A stretch of 64,000 nt of DNA from NCBI GenBank assembly GCA_001464815.1, contig LNDW01000021.1, positions 8,920 to 72,919 of the forward strand. Reading direction: 5' to 3'. The stretch's first letter is position 1. Each line of letters starts with the position of its first letter. Made by a program: the position numbers and the translations under genes. Source of the DNA: Betaproteobacteria bacterium Ga0077527. GTDB lineage: Bacteria > Pseudomonadota > Gammaproteobacteria > Burkholderiales > SG8-41. This document shows, one piece after another, positions 40,333 to 50,777 of the stretch. The notes beneath the pieces are model-generated. The model was not told the origin of the DNA. It did not search any database and worked only from the letters and a program-made list of their open reading frames with translations.

Positions 40333-41865
40333 ATGAATTTAATCAAGGCTTTAGCGACAGTCAGCAGCATGACGCTGGTGTCGCGGGTGCTGGGCTTCGT
40401 GCGCGACGCGGTGATTGCCCGGGTTTTCGGTGCGGGGCTTGCCACCGACGCTTTTTTTGTCGCCTTCAAGATTCCGAACCTGTTGCGCCGGCTGTTTGCC
40501 GAGGGCGCCTTCTCCCAGGCCTTCGTGCCGATCCTCGCCGAATACAAGAACCGGCGCGGTGAGGACGATGTCCGGGCGCTGATCAACCAGGTCAGCGGCG
40601 CGTTGTTGCTGGTTCTGCTGCTGGTCAGTGCGCTGGGCATATTGATAGCACCGTGGATCATCGCCGTCACCGCGCCGGGTTTCAGCGCGACGCCGGAAAA
40701 ATTTGCTCTGACGGTGGAACTGCTGCGCATCGTCTTCCCCTACATCCTGTTCATTGCGCTGACGGCGCTGGCCGGTGGCATCCTCAACACATGGAGCCGT
40801 TTCGCGGTGCCGGCTTTCACGCCGACGTTGCTCAATATTTCCTTCATCGGCTTTGCGCTGCTGGCCGCGCCTTATTTTGACCCGCCGGTGAAAGCGCTGG
40901 CCTGGGCGGTGTTTGTTGGCGGCGTGCTGCAACTGGCTTTCCAGATTCCGTTTCTGGCCCGGGCCGGCGTGTTGCCGCGGCCGCGTTTCAGCTGGCGCGA
41001 TGAAGGTGTGCGGCGGGTGTTGAGGCAGATGGCGCCGGCGCTGTTCGGCGTGTCGGTGGGGCAGGTCAGCCTGCTGATCAACAACATCTTTGCCTCTTTT
41101 CTGGTTACCGGCAGTGTGACCTGGCTCTACTTTGCCGACCGCCTGATGGAGTTTCCGGCAGGCCTGCTTGGTGTGGCGCTGGGCACAGTGCTGCTGCCCA
41201 GCCTCGCCAAAAGCCACGCCGAACGTTCAGCGCAGGCCTATTCCGAGTTGCTCGACTGGGGGCTGCGGCTGACGTTGATGCTGGCCTTGCCGGCGGCCGT
41301 GGCGCTGGCGGTGTTGTCGGTACCGCTGGTGGCAACGCTGTTTCATTACGGGGCTTTTACCGCCACCGATGTCATCAATACCCACCATGCGGTGATCGCC
41401 TATGCCGTGGGCCTGGTCGGGCTGATCGCGGTCAAAGTGCTGGCACCTGGTTTTTATGCGCAGCAGGACATCCGCACGCCCGTGCGCATCGCGGTGGTGA
41501 CGCTGGTGGTGACCCAATTGCTCAATCTGGTGCTGGTCTGGCAGTTGCGCCATGCCGGGCTCGCGCTGGCGATCAGTCTTGGTGCCTGCCTCAATGCTGC
41601 GTTGCTGCTGCGCGGACTGCGCCGGCGTGGCATCTATCAACCGCAGCCGGGCTGGGCGGTGTTCTCGTTGAAGCTCTTGCTGGCGGTGTATGCAATGGGG
41701 ATGGTGCTGTGGTGGCTGGCCGGTGCGCCGGCGGAATGGCTCGCAGCAAGCGCCTGGAACCGGATGCTGAAACTGGCATTGCTGGTGCTGGCGGGCAGCA
41801 GCACCTATTTCGGCATGTTGTGGCTGTGCGGATTCCGCTGGCGCGACTTTAATAAACGCAGCTGA
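40333..41865 (+). CDS. murJ: Lipid II flippase MurJ (MviN)
   Basis: 510 aa. [35 protein letters not shown]…; ~14 TM. Conserved rpsT/murJ divergent pair. Confidence 0.93.
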   Translation: MNLIKALATVSSMTLVSRVLGFVRDAVIARVFGAGLATDAFFVAFKIPNLLRRLFAEGAFSQAFVPILAEYKNRRGEDDVRALINQVSGALLLVLLLVSALGILIAPWIIAVTAPGFSATPEKFALTVELLRIVFPYILFIALTALAGGILNTWSRFAVPAFTPTLLNISFIGFALLAAPYFDPPVKALAWAVFVGGVLQLAFQIPFLARAGVLPRPRFSWRDEGVRRVLRQMAPALFGVSVGQVSLLINNIFASFLVTGSVTWLYFADRLMEFPAGLLGVALGTVLLPSLAKSHAERSAQAYSELLDWGLRLTLMLALPAAVALAVLSVPLVATLFHYGAFTATDVINTHHAVIAYAVGLVGLIAVKVLAPGFYAQQDIRTPVRIAVVTLVVTQLLNLVLVWQLRHAGLALAISLGACLNAALLLRGLRRRGIYQPQPGWAVFSLKLLLAVYAMGMVLWWLAGAPAEWLAASAWNRMLKLALLVLAGSSTYFGMLWLCGFRWRDFNKRS

Positions 41866-41872
41866 TATCGTC

Positions 41873-41914
41873 GTAACTGAGTCGCCGAAACTGAGTCGCC
41901 GTAACTGGGCGTCA
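41873..41914. repeat. 14-nt tandem repeat x3 (imperfect)
   Basis: gtaactgagtcgcc / gaaactgagtcgcc / gtaactgggcgtca, between the convergent genes murJ and phnE. Confidence 0.7.
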
Positions 41915-41923
41915 CGCCTACGC

Positions 41924-42766
41924 CTAGCGTTGCATTACCCGCCGCGCTACATACGACAGCGCGTCAACCAGCGCCACCAGCAGCAGCATCGCGATCAGGA
42001 TCGAACTGGTTTCATTCATGTGGAACAGGCCCATGTGGAAGGCCAGCATCTGTCCCAGCCCACCGCCGCCGACGACACCGAGCACGGCCGCGGCGCGGAT
42101 GTTGTTCTCCCAGCGGTAGAGTGTGTACGACAGCAGTTGCGGCAGGATTTGCGGCAGCGTGGCATAGCAGAACACCCGTGTTTCGGCCACGCCGCGGGCA
42201 CGCAGCGCGAAACCAGGCCCGGCCGGTGCATTCTCGACCGCCTCGGAGAACAGCCGGCCGAGCACACCGGTGGTGTGCATCGCCAGCGCCAGCGTGCCGG
42301 CGAAAGGGCCGAGGCCGGCGGCGATGATCAGCAGGGCAGCCCAAACCAGTTCCGGAATCGAGCGCAGTGCGTTGAGCACCAGCCGCGTCGGCGTGCGCCA
42401 GTACGCCGGATCGCCGGCATGTGTGCGACTCGCCGGCAATGCAAGCAGGATGCCGGCGATGGCCGCGAGCAGTGTGCCGAGCGCCGACATCGCCAGCGTC
42501 TCGAAGCTGGCGCGCATCACTTTGAGCAGGAATGCGCTGTCGGTTGAAGGCGACATCAGCTCGCCCAAGAAGCGGCCCATCTTGCGCAGCGCGTCCACCG
42601 ACAGGAACTTCGCCCACTGCAGGTCCAGCGACCAGAAGCTGGCGGCGGTCAGCACGACCAGTCCGCACAGGAACCAGCACATCGCGCAGCGAGCGCTGAA
42701 CAGCTTCGGCGGCATGCGCCAGGCCTCGTTGGCGGCCTGGTTGATATCCTTGTGCGGGTCGTTCAT
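41924..42766 (-). CDS. phnE: Phosphonate ABC transporter permease PhnE (second copy)
   Basis: Start MNDPHKDINQ…; 280 aa; permease EAA-type loop. ATGA overlap with the upstream phnE. The track ORF is over-extended. Confidence 0.85.
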   Translation of the reverse strand: MNDPHKDINQAANEAWRMPPKLFSARCAMCWFLCGLVVLTAASFWSLDLQWAKFLSVDALRKMGRFLGELMSPSTDSAFLLKVMRASFETLAMSALGTLLAAIAGILLALPASRTHAGDPAYWRTPTRLVLNALRSIPELVWAALLIIAAGLGPFAGTLALAMHTTGVLGRLFSEAVENAPAGPGFALRARGVAETRVFCYATLPQILPQLLSYTLYRWENNIRAAAVLGVVGGGGLGQMLAFHMGLFHMNETSSILIAMLLLVALVDALSYVARRVMQR

Positions 42767-43611
42767 GCGAGGTTCCGGCGCAGCCACGCGCTGACCTGGT
42801 CGGCCAGTGCCACCAGCAGCATGAACACGATCAGCATCGTTGCAACTTCCGAGCCCTGGAACATCTTCATCGAGTTGTCCATCTGCTGGCCGAGACCGCC
42901 TGCACCGACGAAGCCGAGCACCGCGGAGGAGCGGATCGCGCATTCCCAGCGATAGACGGTATAGCTGGTCAGTTCAGGGCCGCTGTGCGGCAGCAGGCCG
43001 TAGAAAAAGGCCTGCAGGCGGCCGGCGCCATTGCGCAGCAGCGTGCGTGTGGAATGGGTTTCGTCGCTTTCGAGGATCTCGCCGTAGACCTTGCCGAGCA
43101 TGCCGCCATAGGTCAACGCGATGGCCAGCACGCCGGCGGTGGGGCCGAGGCCGACGACACGCACGAAAACCAGCGCCCACACCAGCTCCGGGATGCTGCG
43201 CAACAGGATCAGCAGCCAGCGCACGGCCTGGCGCAGGATCAGCGGCAGCGTGTGCATGCGGCCGGACAGTGCGGACACCGAGATCGCACTGGTGGAGAGA
43301 AGCGTCAGCGGAATCGCGATGACCATCGCCAGTGCCATGCCGGCGGTGGCGATGGCGACGGTGCGCCAGCACTCTGTCAACACCATCAGCAGGAACTCGC
43401 CGTCGATTTTCGGCGGCAGGAAATCGGCGATGAAGCGCCGTGTTGATTTCAGCGCGTCGGGCTCGAACAGCAGCCAGGGCTTGAATTCAGTCGCGACCAG
43501 CGCCGGTGCGATCAGCACGCAGGCGGCGAGCAGCCAGAACACGCGGCCGATCCAGGCCGGGTCGCGCAGTTGCGGCGCTGCGATGGTTGCCGGGGCTTGC
43601 GAGGTTGACAT
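42763..43611 (-). CDS. phnE: Phosphonate ABC transporter permease PhnE (first copy)
   Basis: 282 aa, paralogous to the downstream gene (…RSIPELVWAL…GLGP.AGVLA.A…). Confidence 0.85.
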   Translation of the reverse strand: MSTSQAPATIAAPQLRDPAWIGRVFWLLAACVLIAPALVATEFKPWLLFEPDALKSTRRFIADFLPPKIDGEFLLMVLTECWRTVAIATAGMALAMVIAIPLTLLSTSAISVSALSGRMHTLPLILRQAVRWLLILLRSIPELVWALVFVRVVGLGPTAGVLAIALTYGGMLGKVYGEILESDETHSTRTLLRNGAGRLQAFFYGLLPHSGPELTSYTVYRWECAIRSSAVLGFVGAGGLGQQMDNSMKMFQGSEVATMLIVFMLLVALADQVSAWLRRNLA

Positions 43612-43641
43612 GATCAGCCTCGGTTCATCAGGCGCAACACA

Positions 43642-44472
43642 TCAGCGGCAGTACATTGCCGGCGTCTGTGGCGGTGCGGGCGGGGTATCGCCATCTGCCG
43701 CGGGCGCACCCAGCAGTTCGTGCTCGTGCTGGGCGTACAGCTGGCGCAGCCGTTCGGGCGTGACGTCCGCAGCGGGCAAATCGAAATGTAATTCGCCGTC
43801 ACGCAGTCCGAGCACGCGCGGAAAACGGGTCGCGACATCGACTTGGTGCAGGGTGCAAACCAGGGTCGCGCCAGCCTCACGTGCGGCTGTGGTCAGGGTG
43901 TCGATGGCGAGACGGGAGCGGGACGGATCGAGCGAGGACAGCGGTTCGTCCACCAGCCACAACGAGGCCGATGAAAGCAGCGCACGCGCGAGGCCGACCC
44001 GCTGGCGTTCGCCGCCGGAGAGGCGGTCGACGCGGTCCCACAGCTTGTGTGCGAGGTCGAAGCGGGTGAGCGCCGTTTCCGCTTCGGCGATGCCGGTGGG
44101 ATAGATCAGCGAGCGCAGGCTGGCGAGCAGAGACTGTCGCGGCAGCCTTCCGGCGAGCACCGCGGTGATCACCCGCTGTCGCGGCGGCAGCGGTGGTGTC
44201 TGCGGGCCGAGGAACAGCCGGCCGCGCAGTTTCTGCAGTTGTGAAACCGGCAGCGTCCAGGGATCAACGCCGTCCAGCGTGAATGAGCCGGCCGCGGGTT
44301 TAAGGGCGCAGGCCAGCGCGTGCAGCAGCGTGGTCTTGCCGGCACCCGAGGGGCCGATCACGGCGATCTGTTCGCCAACCGCGATGTCGAGCGTGACCGG
44401 CTTGAGCGCCGGTACGCTCGCCATCGTGGCGGCAGGATGGCGGGCGGCAAGCCCGCGCAGACTGATGCGCAT
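43642..44472 (-). CDS. phnC: Phosphonate ABC transporter ATP-binding protein
   Basis: Walker A GPSGAGKTT, signature LSGGERQRV, Walker B LWLVDEP. Confidence 0.88.
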   Translation of the reverse strand: MRISLRGLAARHPAATMASVPALKPVTLDIAVGEQIAVIGPSGAGKTTLLHALACALKPAAGSFTLDGVDPWTLPVSQLQKLRGRLFLGPQTPPLPPRQRVITAVLAGRLPRQSLLASLRSLIYPTGIAEAETALTRFDLAHKLWDRVDRLSGGERQRVGLARALLSSASLWLVDEPLSSLDPSRSRLAIDTLTTAAREAGATLVCTLHQVDVATRFPRVLGLRDGELHFDLPAADVTPERLRQLYAQHEHELLGAPAADGDTPPAPPQTPAMYCR

Positions 44473-44500
44473 CGCTGAGTGCTGGGTGGTCTGATCAGGC

Positions 44501-45376
44501 TTACTTGATCAGGCCGGCACTGCGTCCCGCGTTTTCGAGGCCCTTGTAGTTCTCGGCGCGGGTCGGGATGTATTTGGTGGCCCGGTTCAGGGTCAGTATT
44601 TCCTTGCCCTCGGGATCGTTCATCGACAGCGCCAGCAGTGCCTTGGTGACCCGCTCGCGCAGGGCTGCCGGCATGTCGGCGTGAACCGACCAGTTGTAGT
44701 TGTAGAACGGTGGTGTGGTGAAGAATACGTTGACCTTGCTGGTGTCGACCTTTTTGTCTTCGACGAATCTGCGCCACACGGTGATGTCCAGTGCCGCGGC
44801 ATCCACGCGGCCACCGACCACCGAGGCGATGGTGGCGTCGTGTGCCCCGGAATAGGCGACACGCTTGAAGTCCTTGTCGGGATCGATCTTGGCGTCAAGC
44901 AGGAAGCTGCGCGGCATCAGGTGCCCGGAAGTGCTTGATTGCGAGCCAAAGCTCACCTGTTTGCCTTTGAGATCAGCCAGCGTCTTGATGCCGGAGTCAG
45001 TCTGGGTGATGAAGACCGAGCGGAACTGGGTGTCTTCCTCGCGCTGTGCGATCGGGATGATCTTGCCACCCGAGCGCAGTTGCGCCTGCACATGGGTGAA
45101 GCCGCCGAACCACACCAGATCGACCTGCTTGTTGACCAGCGCCTCGACCGCGGCCGGATAGTCATTGACCGGGGTGAACTCGACCTTCATGCCGAGGGTG
45201 CGTTCGAGATAGCGCGTGATCGGTCCGAACTTGCGGATCTGTTCGGTCGCGGCTTCTTCGGGAATGGTGGTGACCTTGAAGGTCTGCTGGGCCAGCGCGG
45301 GTGCTGCAAGGCTGATGGTGATGGCCAGAAGGCCCAGCTTGCGGATCAATGCGGACGGCGAAAACAGGGATGACAT
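44501..45376 (-). CDS. phnD: Phosphate/phosphite/phosphonate ABC transporter substrate-binding protein
   Basis: Start MSSLFSPSALIRKLGLLAITISLAAPALA (signal peptide) with RBS AAAGGAAA. PhnD-like core …VNDYPAAVEALVNKQVDLVWFGG…. Confidence 0.85.
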   Translation of the reverse strand: MSSLFSPSALIRKLGLLAITISLAAPALAQQTFKVTTIPEEAATEQIRKFGPITRYLERTLGMKVEFTPVNDYPAAVEALVNKQVDLVWFGGFTHVQAQLRSGGKIIPIAQREEDTQFRSVFITQTDSGIKTLADLKGKQVSFGSQSSTSGHLMPRSFLLDAKIDPDKDFKRVAYSGAHDATIASVVGGRVDAAALDITVWRRFVEDKKVDTSKVNVFFTTPPFYNYNWSVHADMPAALRERVTKALLALSMNDPEGKEILTLNRATKYIPTRAENYKGLENAGRSAGLIK

Positions 45377-45606
45377 GGGGTTTCCTTTCAGCAACGTGGA
45401 TGTTGAGAGGCGGGGTCGGAGCTGCAGGCCTGGCTCGCATGGAGCTGGGCACCGTAGCCGATAACCACCCGGCGGGTGCGGGAGGGGCTCAGGTCGATCA
45501 TGGGTTTGTCCTGAATGTGAACCGGAAGTCATCGCGCGACCTGCGCAATGCTGCGTGACAAGCTACCGCAGCGGCCTGCGAATTGCAAAGGTGTCGCCGG
45601 AAAGAT

Positions 45607-46584
45607 TTATGCCGCGGGTTGAACACCCTCAAGGCCGGCCTGCGCCGCCAGCGTGTTGGCGGCCGAGGTCTTCAGCGCGGCATCCACGGTGACGCGCTTC
45701 AGTTTTGGCGCGAACAGTTCGATGAAGTCGTAGACATAGCCGCGCAGCCAGGCATTGGGCCGCAGCGCGATGCGCGTGGTGCTGGCCTCGAACAGATGGT
45801 CGGCGTTGACCAGGCGGATGCCGATGTCGCGCGCCGGATCGAAGGCCATCTTGGCGAGGATGCCTATGCCCATGCCCTGTTCGACATAGGCCTTGATCAC
45901 GTCGGCGGCGATGGCGGTGAGCACGATGTTGGGCTTGATGCCGGCGGCGTCGAAGGCGCGCTGGATCGGTGAATTCGGGGTGAACGCGAAGTCGTAGGTG
46001 ATCAGCGGGTACTGCGCGATCTTTTCCAGGGTCAGCGGTCCGCTGCCGAGCAGCGGGTGGCGCAGCGGCGTGATCACGCTGCGTGTCCATTGCGCGCAGG
46101 GCAGGGTCACCAGGTGGGTGAAGCTTTCGTCGGATTCGGTGGCGATGCCGACTTCGGCGCTGCCCTCGCGCAGCATGTCCGCGATCTGTGCCGGGCTGCC
46201 CTCGCGCAGTGTCAGCCGCACCTGCGGGTAGCGCTGGGTGAAGCGCGACACCACCGGTGGCAGCGCATAGCGTGCCTGGGTGTGGGTGGTGGCGATGACC
46301 AGGGTGCCGCGGCCGCCGGAATTGAATTCGCGGCCGACCTCGCGCAGGTTTTCGGTGTCGCGCAGGATGCGTTCGGCGATGTCGAGCACGATCCTGCCCG
46401 GTTCGGTCAGTGCGGTGATGCGTTTGCCGTTGCGCACCAGGATGGTCACGCCCAGCTCCTCTTCCAACAGCTTGATCTGTTTGCTGATGCCGGGCTGGGA
46501 GGTGAACAGGGCCTCGGCCGCATCTGACACCTTCAGGCCGTTGCGGGCAATTTCGCGCAAATAGCGTAATTGCTGTAAATTCAA
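45607..46584 (-). CDS. cysB: LysR-family regulator, CysB/Cbl type
   Basis: MNLQQLRYLREIARNGLKVSDAAEALFTSQPGISKQIKLLEEELG… Divergent from the sulfite reductase operon. Confidence 0.85.
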   Translation of the reverse strand: MNLQQLRYLREIARNGLKVSDAAEALFTSQPGISKQIKLLEEELGVTILVRNGKRITALTEPGRIVLDIAERILRDTENLREVGREFNSGGRGTLVIATTHTQARYALPPVVSRFTQRYPQVRLTLREGSPAQIADMLREGSAEVGIATESDESFTHLVTLPCAQWTRSVITPLRHPLLGSGPLTLEKIAQYPLITYDFAFTPNSPIQRAFDAAGIKPNIVLTAIAADVIKAYVEQGMGIGILAKMAFDPARDIGIRLVNADHLFEASTTRIALRPNAWLRGYVYDFIELFAPKLKRVTVDAALKTSAANTLAAQAGLEGVQPAA

Positions 46585-46702
46585 TGGGTTATCTCAAAAT
46601 AAGGCTGTATATAACAAAAAACGCTTAATAATAAATAACATATTCTTGGACGATATATAAGGGGGTTTTTACCATCAGCGGCGTCAATCAGAGGTGCCGC
46701 AG
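46585..46702. promoter_or_regulatory. AT-rich divergent cysB / cysI control region
   Basis: ~115 nt, very AT-rich relative to the genome, between divergent cysB and cysI. Specific operator sites are not resolved. Confidence 0.4.
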
Positions 46703-48403
46703 ATGTATCAATACGACGCAATCGATCAGAAGCTGGTGGACGAGCGGGTGGCGCAGTTTCGCGACCAGACCCGGCGCCATCTCGCCGGCGAGTTGTCAGA
46801 AGACAATTTCCGCCCGCTGCGCTTACAAAATGGTCTTTATATTCAACGGTTTGCGCCGATGCTTCGGGTCGCGATCCCCTACGGGCTGTTGTCGTCTAAA
46901 CAGCTGCGAGCACTAGCTTACATCGCCCGCAAATGGGACCGCGGCTACGGCCATTTCAGCACTCGCCAGAACATCCAGTTCAACTGGCCCAGGCTGGAGG
47001 AGGTGCCGGATATCCTGGCGCACCTGGCTTCGGTGCAGATGCACGCGATCCAGACCAGCGGCAACTGCATCCGCAATACCACCACTGATCACCTCGCCGG
47101 CGTGGCACCGGACGAGATCGTTGATCCGCTGGTGTGGTGCGAGCTGATCCGCCAGTGGTCGACTTTCCATCCCGAGTTCGCCTACCTGCCACGCAAGTTC
47201 AAGATCGCGGTGTCCGGCGCGGAAAATGACCGTGCGGCGATCCAGGTGCACGATATCGGCCTGCAGGCGGTGCGCGGCGAGGATGGCCAGACCGGTTTCC
47301 GCGTGCTGGTTGGCGGCGGCCTCGGGCGCACGCCGATCATCGGCACGGTGATCCGCGAATTCCTGCCCTGGCAGCATCTGCTGTCGTACCTCGAGGCGAT
47401 CCTGCGTGTGTACAACCGCCATGGCCGCCGCGACAACAAATACAAGGCGCGCATCAAGATCCTGGTCAGGGAAACGACGCCGGCGGTGTTCCGTGAGCAG
47501 GTCGAGGCCGAGTGGGCGCATCTGAAGGATGGTCCGATCACCTTGAACGCGGCCGAAGTCGCCCGCATCGGGCGCCGTTTCGCCCGTCCGCAGTACCAGA
47601 ATCTTGATGCGCTGTCGGTGCAGTACACGCAAGCACTGGCACGCGAGTCAGGCTTTGCGCGCTGGTCCGGGCGCAACGTGCATGCGCACAAGGTGCCCGG
47701 TTATGCCGCGGTCACGCTATCGCTGAAAAAAACCGGCATTGCGCCGGGGGACGCCACCGCCGAACAGATGGATGCCGTGGCCGACCTTGCCGACCGCTAC
47801 AGTTTCGGTGAGTTGCGCGTGTCGCATGAGCAGAACCTGATCCTGTCCGATGTGCGCCAGAGCGATCTTCATGCGCTGTGGCAGGAGGCGAAGGCGCTGG
47901 GACTCGCCACGCCGAACATCGGCCTGATCAGCAACATCATCGCCTGCCCCGGCGGCGACTTCTGCTCGCTGGCGAATGCGAAATCAATTCCTGTGGCGGA
48001 GGCGATCCAGCGCCGCTTCGACGACCTCGACTACCAGCACGACATCGGCGAGCTCGACCTCAACATCTCGGGCTGCATGAACTCCTGCGGCCACCACCAC
48101 GTCGGTCACATCGGCATCCTCGGCGTCGACAAGCAGGGCGCCGAGTTCTACCAGGTGTCGATCGGCGGCGCGCAGGGCAACGCCGCCTCGCTGGGCAAGG
48201 TGATCGGTCCTTCGTTCGCGCAGGACGATGTGCCGGATGTCATCGAAAGACTGATTCAGACCTACCTCGCCTGCCGCGACAGCGAGGAAGAACGCTTCAT
48301 CGACGTGGTGCGCCGCATCGGCATCGAACCTTTCAAGGAGTCCGTATATGGCAACGCTCATCAAAAACGCGAACATCACCATCGACAGCTGGCAGCGGCT
48401 TGA
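46703..48403 (+). CDS. cysI: Sulfite reductase hemoprotein (ferredoxin/NADPH-type nitrite/sulfite reductase)
   Basis: Two NIR_SIR repeats. Sirohaem/4Fe-4S Cys cluster CPGGDFC…SGCMNSCGHHH. The start may be GTG 46694 or ATG 46703. Confidence 0.88.
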   Translation: MYQYDAIDQKLVDERVAQFRDQTRRHLAGELSEDNFRPLRLQNGLYIQRFAPMLRVAIPYGLLSSKQLRALAYIARKWDRGYGHFSTRQNIQFNWPRLEEVPDILAHLASVQMHAIQTSGNCIRNTTTDHLAGVAPDEIVDPLVWCELIRQWSTFHPEFAYLPRKFKIAVSGAENDRAAIQVHDIGLQAVRGEDGQTGFRVLVGGGLGRTPIIGTVIREFLPWQHLLSYLEAILRVYNRHGRRDNKYKARIKILVRETTPAVFREQVEAEWAHLKDGPITLNAAEVARIGRRFARPQYQNLDALSVQYTQALARESGFARWSGRNVHAHKVPGYAAVTLSLKKTGIAPGDATAEQMDAVADLADRYSFGELRVSHEQNLILSDVRQSDLHALWQEAKALGLATPNIGLISNIIACPGGDFCSLANAKSIPVAEAIQRRFDDLDYQHDIGELDLNISGCMNSCGHHHVGHIGILGVDKQGAEFYQVSIGGAQGNAASLGKVIGPSFAQDDVPDVIERLIQTYLACRDSEEERFIDVVRRIGIEPFKESVYGNAHQKREHHHRQLAAA

Positions 48404-48893
48404 CTGGGCCGCTGATGGCGGCCTGCCCACCGTCCCGGCGACCGGCGACGTGCTGATTCCGCTGGGCCTGTGGCGCGGCCTCGCCGAAGAGTTGCTTGAG
48501 CGCAAAAGCGGCCGCATTGGCGTCTGGCTCGACAGCCATGAAGATCCGGCCGAGCTTGCGGACAGCCTTGACCGCATCGCGCTGATCGCGGTGCGTTTCC
48601 CGCAATTCACCGATGGCCGCGGCTACTCGATCGCGCGCCTGCTGCGCGAGCGCCAAGGCTGGAAGGGCGAACTGCGCGCCTTCGGCGACGTGCAACGTGA
48701 CCAGCTGCATTACCTCGCGCGCTGTGGTTTTGATGCCTTCGAACTGAACGACGGCATCGATGTCCCCCAGGAGGACCTGCTTCGCAGCGCGCAGGCCGCA
48801 CTGTCCGCATTCCGCGATTTCAGTGACAGCTACCAGGCCGCGGTGGACCAGCCGTTGCCGCTTTACCGCCGCCGCGTGCCGGAAGCGGCCTGA
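48348..48893 (+). CDS. DUF934 protein (sulfite-reduction associated)
   Basis: 181 aa. …FPQFTDGRGYSIARLLRE…GDVQRDQLHYLARCGFDAFEL…. GGAG RBS. Overlaps the cysI 3' end by 56 nt. Confidence 0.8.
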   Translation: MATLIKNANITIDSWQRLDWAADGGLPTVPATGDVLIPLGLWRGLAEELLERKSGRIGVWLDSHEDPAELADSLDRIALIAVRFPQFTDGRGYSIARLLRERQGWKGELRAFGDVQRDQLHYLARCGFDAFELNDGIDVPQEDLLRSAQAALSAFRDFSDSYQAAVDQPLPLYRRRVPEAA

Positions 48894-49699
48894 TGAACCC
48901 CGGCGGGATCAACGGCAGGGGCACGGTGTACCTCGTCGGCGCGGGCCCGGGGGCGCCGGACCTGCTGACGCTGCGCGCGGCGGAATTGCTCAAGCGCGCG
49001 GACATCGTGTTCCATGATGCGCTGGTGCATCCAGAGACGCTGGCGCTGGCGGTGAACGCGGAGAAGGTTGCCGTCGGCAAACGCTGCGGACGCCACAGCA
49101 CGGCGCAGCGTTTCATCAACAAGCGGCTGGTTGATGCCGCACGCATCCACCGCGTGGTGGTGCGGCTCAAGGGCGGTGATCCGCTGCTGTTCGGCCGTGC
49201 GCAGGAAGAGATCGATGCGCTGCAGGCCGCCGGCATCCCTTGCGAGATCGTGCCGGGCATCACCGCGGCGCTGGCGGTGGCCGCCGAACTGAAGGTGCCG
49301 CTGACACAGCGTGGTGTGGCGCGCAACGTCGTGCTGACCACGCCACGGGTTGGCCAGGATGAACGTGGCAGCGACTGGGCTGCCGGCATCCACGCCGGTA
49401 ACACCGCCGTGGTTTACATGGGCGCCGGCATGGCAGCCGCCGTGGCGAAAGAGCTGCGCGCGCGCGGTGTGCCTGCGGACACACCGGTGGCGGTTGTTGA
49501 AAATGCCAGCCTGCCGTCACGCAGCGATCGCTGGTGCACCGTCGGCACCTTGGCCGAAACGGTAGCGGCAGCGGGTCCGGTCGCCGGGCCGGCACTGATC
49601 GTCATTGGCGAGGTGCTGCGGCGGGCGCAGCAATGCGCAACATTCACCCCGGCCGGTGCGCAGAACTTTCATGAAGCGGCTGTCCAGGCAGGCCGTTGA
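48893..49699 (+). CDS. cobA: Uroporphyrinogen-III C-methyltransferase
   Basis: VYLVGAGPGAPDLLTLRA…RLKGGDPLLFGR…. Confidence 0.9.
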   Translation: MNPGGINGRGTVYLVGAGPGAPDLLTLRAAELLKRADIVFHDALVHPETLALAVNAEKVAVGKRCGRHSTAQRFINKRLVDAARIHRVVVRLKGGDPLLFGRAQEEIDALQAAGIPCEIVPGITAALAVAAELKVPLTQRGVARNVVLTTPRVGQDERGSDWAAGIHAGNTAVVYMGAGMAAAVAKELRARGVPADTPVAVVENASLPSRSDRWCTVGTLAETVAAAGPVAGPALIVIGEVLRRAQQCATFTPAGAQNFHEAAVQAGR

Positions 49700-49742
49700 G
49701 CGGACTGTGCGCCGTCCCCGGTGACCACGGAGCCCTCTGAAA

Positions 49743-49769
49743 CACGCTAAAATTCAGCCTTTTAGCGTG
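49743..49769 (+). terminator. Hairpin after cobA (possible terminator)
   Basis: 10-bp stem cacgctaaaa/ttttagcgtg with loop ttcagcc, followed by cctttc (poor U-tract). Confidence 0.4.
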
Positions 49770-49794
49770 CCTTTCAGGGCCCCGGGCGAGTGCC

Positions 49795-50730
49795 ATGCAA
49801 ATCCTGCGCAGCGTGCCTGACGCTGCCTCCAGCCCCGTCGCGCTGACCATCGGCAATTTCGACGGCGTGCATCGCGGCCATCAGGCGATGATCGCCAAGT
49901 TGCGCGCGGCATCTGCCGCTCGCGGGCTGCCGTCCTGCGTGATGACTTTCGAGCCGCATCCGCGCGAGTTTTTCGCGCCGGATCGAGCGCCGGTACGCCT
50001 GACTTCGATGCGCGACAAGCTCGAGCTGCTGGCGGCGCAGGGTGTCGAACGTGCCTATGTGCTGCGTTTCAATTTTGCGCTGGCCCAGGTGACTGCGCAG
50101 GACTTCATGACGCGCATCCTCTCCCGCGGGCTCGGTGTGCGCTGGCTGCAGGTTGGTGATGATTTCCGCTTTGGCGCGCGCCGTGCCGGTGACCTTGCGA
50201 TGCTGCGTGCGCAATCTGCCGCGCTTGGTTACGAAGTCGAGGGTATGGCCACTGTCGAGCGTGATGGTGAGCGGGTGTCGAGCACCGCGGTGCGTGATGC
50301 ACTGGCCGCCGGCAAGGTAGAACACGCCGCACATCTGCTCGGCCGGCCGTTCAGCATCAGCGGGCGTGTGGTCTGTGGCGACCGTCTGGGTCGTCAGCTC
50401 GGTTTTCCGACTGCGAATGTGCGCATCACCCAGCCGCAGCCGCCGATGACCGGGATTTTTGCGGTAGAGCTGTTGCGCGCCAGCGGTGTCCGTCTGCAGG
50501 GTGTGGCCAGTCTTGGTGTGCGGCCGACGGTGAAGGCGCAGGGTGCTGCGCCCGTGCTTGAGGTCTATGTATTTGATTTTAATGAAGAAATTTATGGGGA
50601 GCGGGTGCGGATTGAATTCCTGCACAAATTCCGCGACGAAGCGAAGTACGTTGATCTGGAAACGCTGAAGCTGCAGATCGCACGTGACGTGGCTGATACG
50701 CGGGCCTATTTTGCGCGCCGTGCCGCGTAA
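49795..50730 (+). CDS. ribF: Bifunctional riboflavin kinase / FMN adenylyltransferase
   Basis: 311 aa. …ALTIGNFDGVHRGHQAM…, C-terminal kinase domain …GFPTAN…. Confidence 0.92.
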   Translation: MQILRSVPDAASSPVALTIGNFDGVHRGHQAMIAKLRAASAARGLPSCVMTFEPHPREFFAPDRAPVRLTSMRDKLELLAAQGVERAYVLRFNFALAQVTAQDFMTRILSRGLGVRWLQVGDDFRFGARRAGDLAMLRAQSAALGYEVEGMATVERDGERVSSTAVRDALAAGKVEHAAHLLGRPFSISGRVVCGDRLGRQLGFPTANVRITQPQPPMTGIFAVELLRASGVRLQGVASLGVRPTVKAQGAAPVLEVYVFDFNEEIYGERVRIEFLHKFRDEAKYVDLETLKLQIARDVADTRAYFARRAA

Positions 50731-50777
50731 ATTTGCAGAAGAATCCGTAGAAAAATCCGCAGCAGAACAGAAGACTC

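Noticed and set aside
45377-45606. ~230-nt leader upstream of phnD examined for a Pho box or riboswitch.
   Set aside because: I saw only loose resemblance (TTGTCAC…CATTGCG) to the CTGTCAT-N4-CTGTCAT consensus, and no convincing conserved structure.
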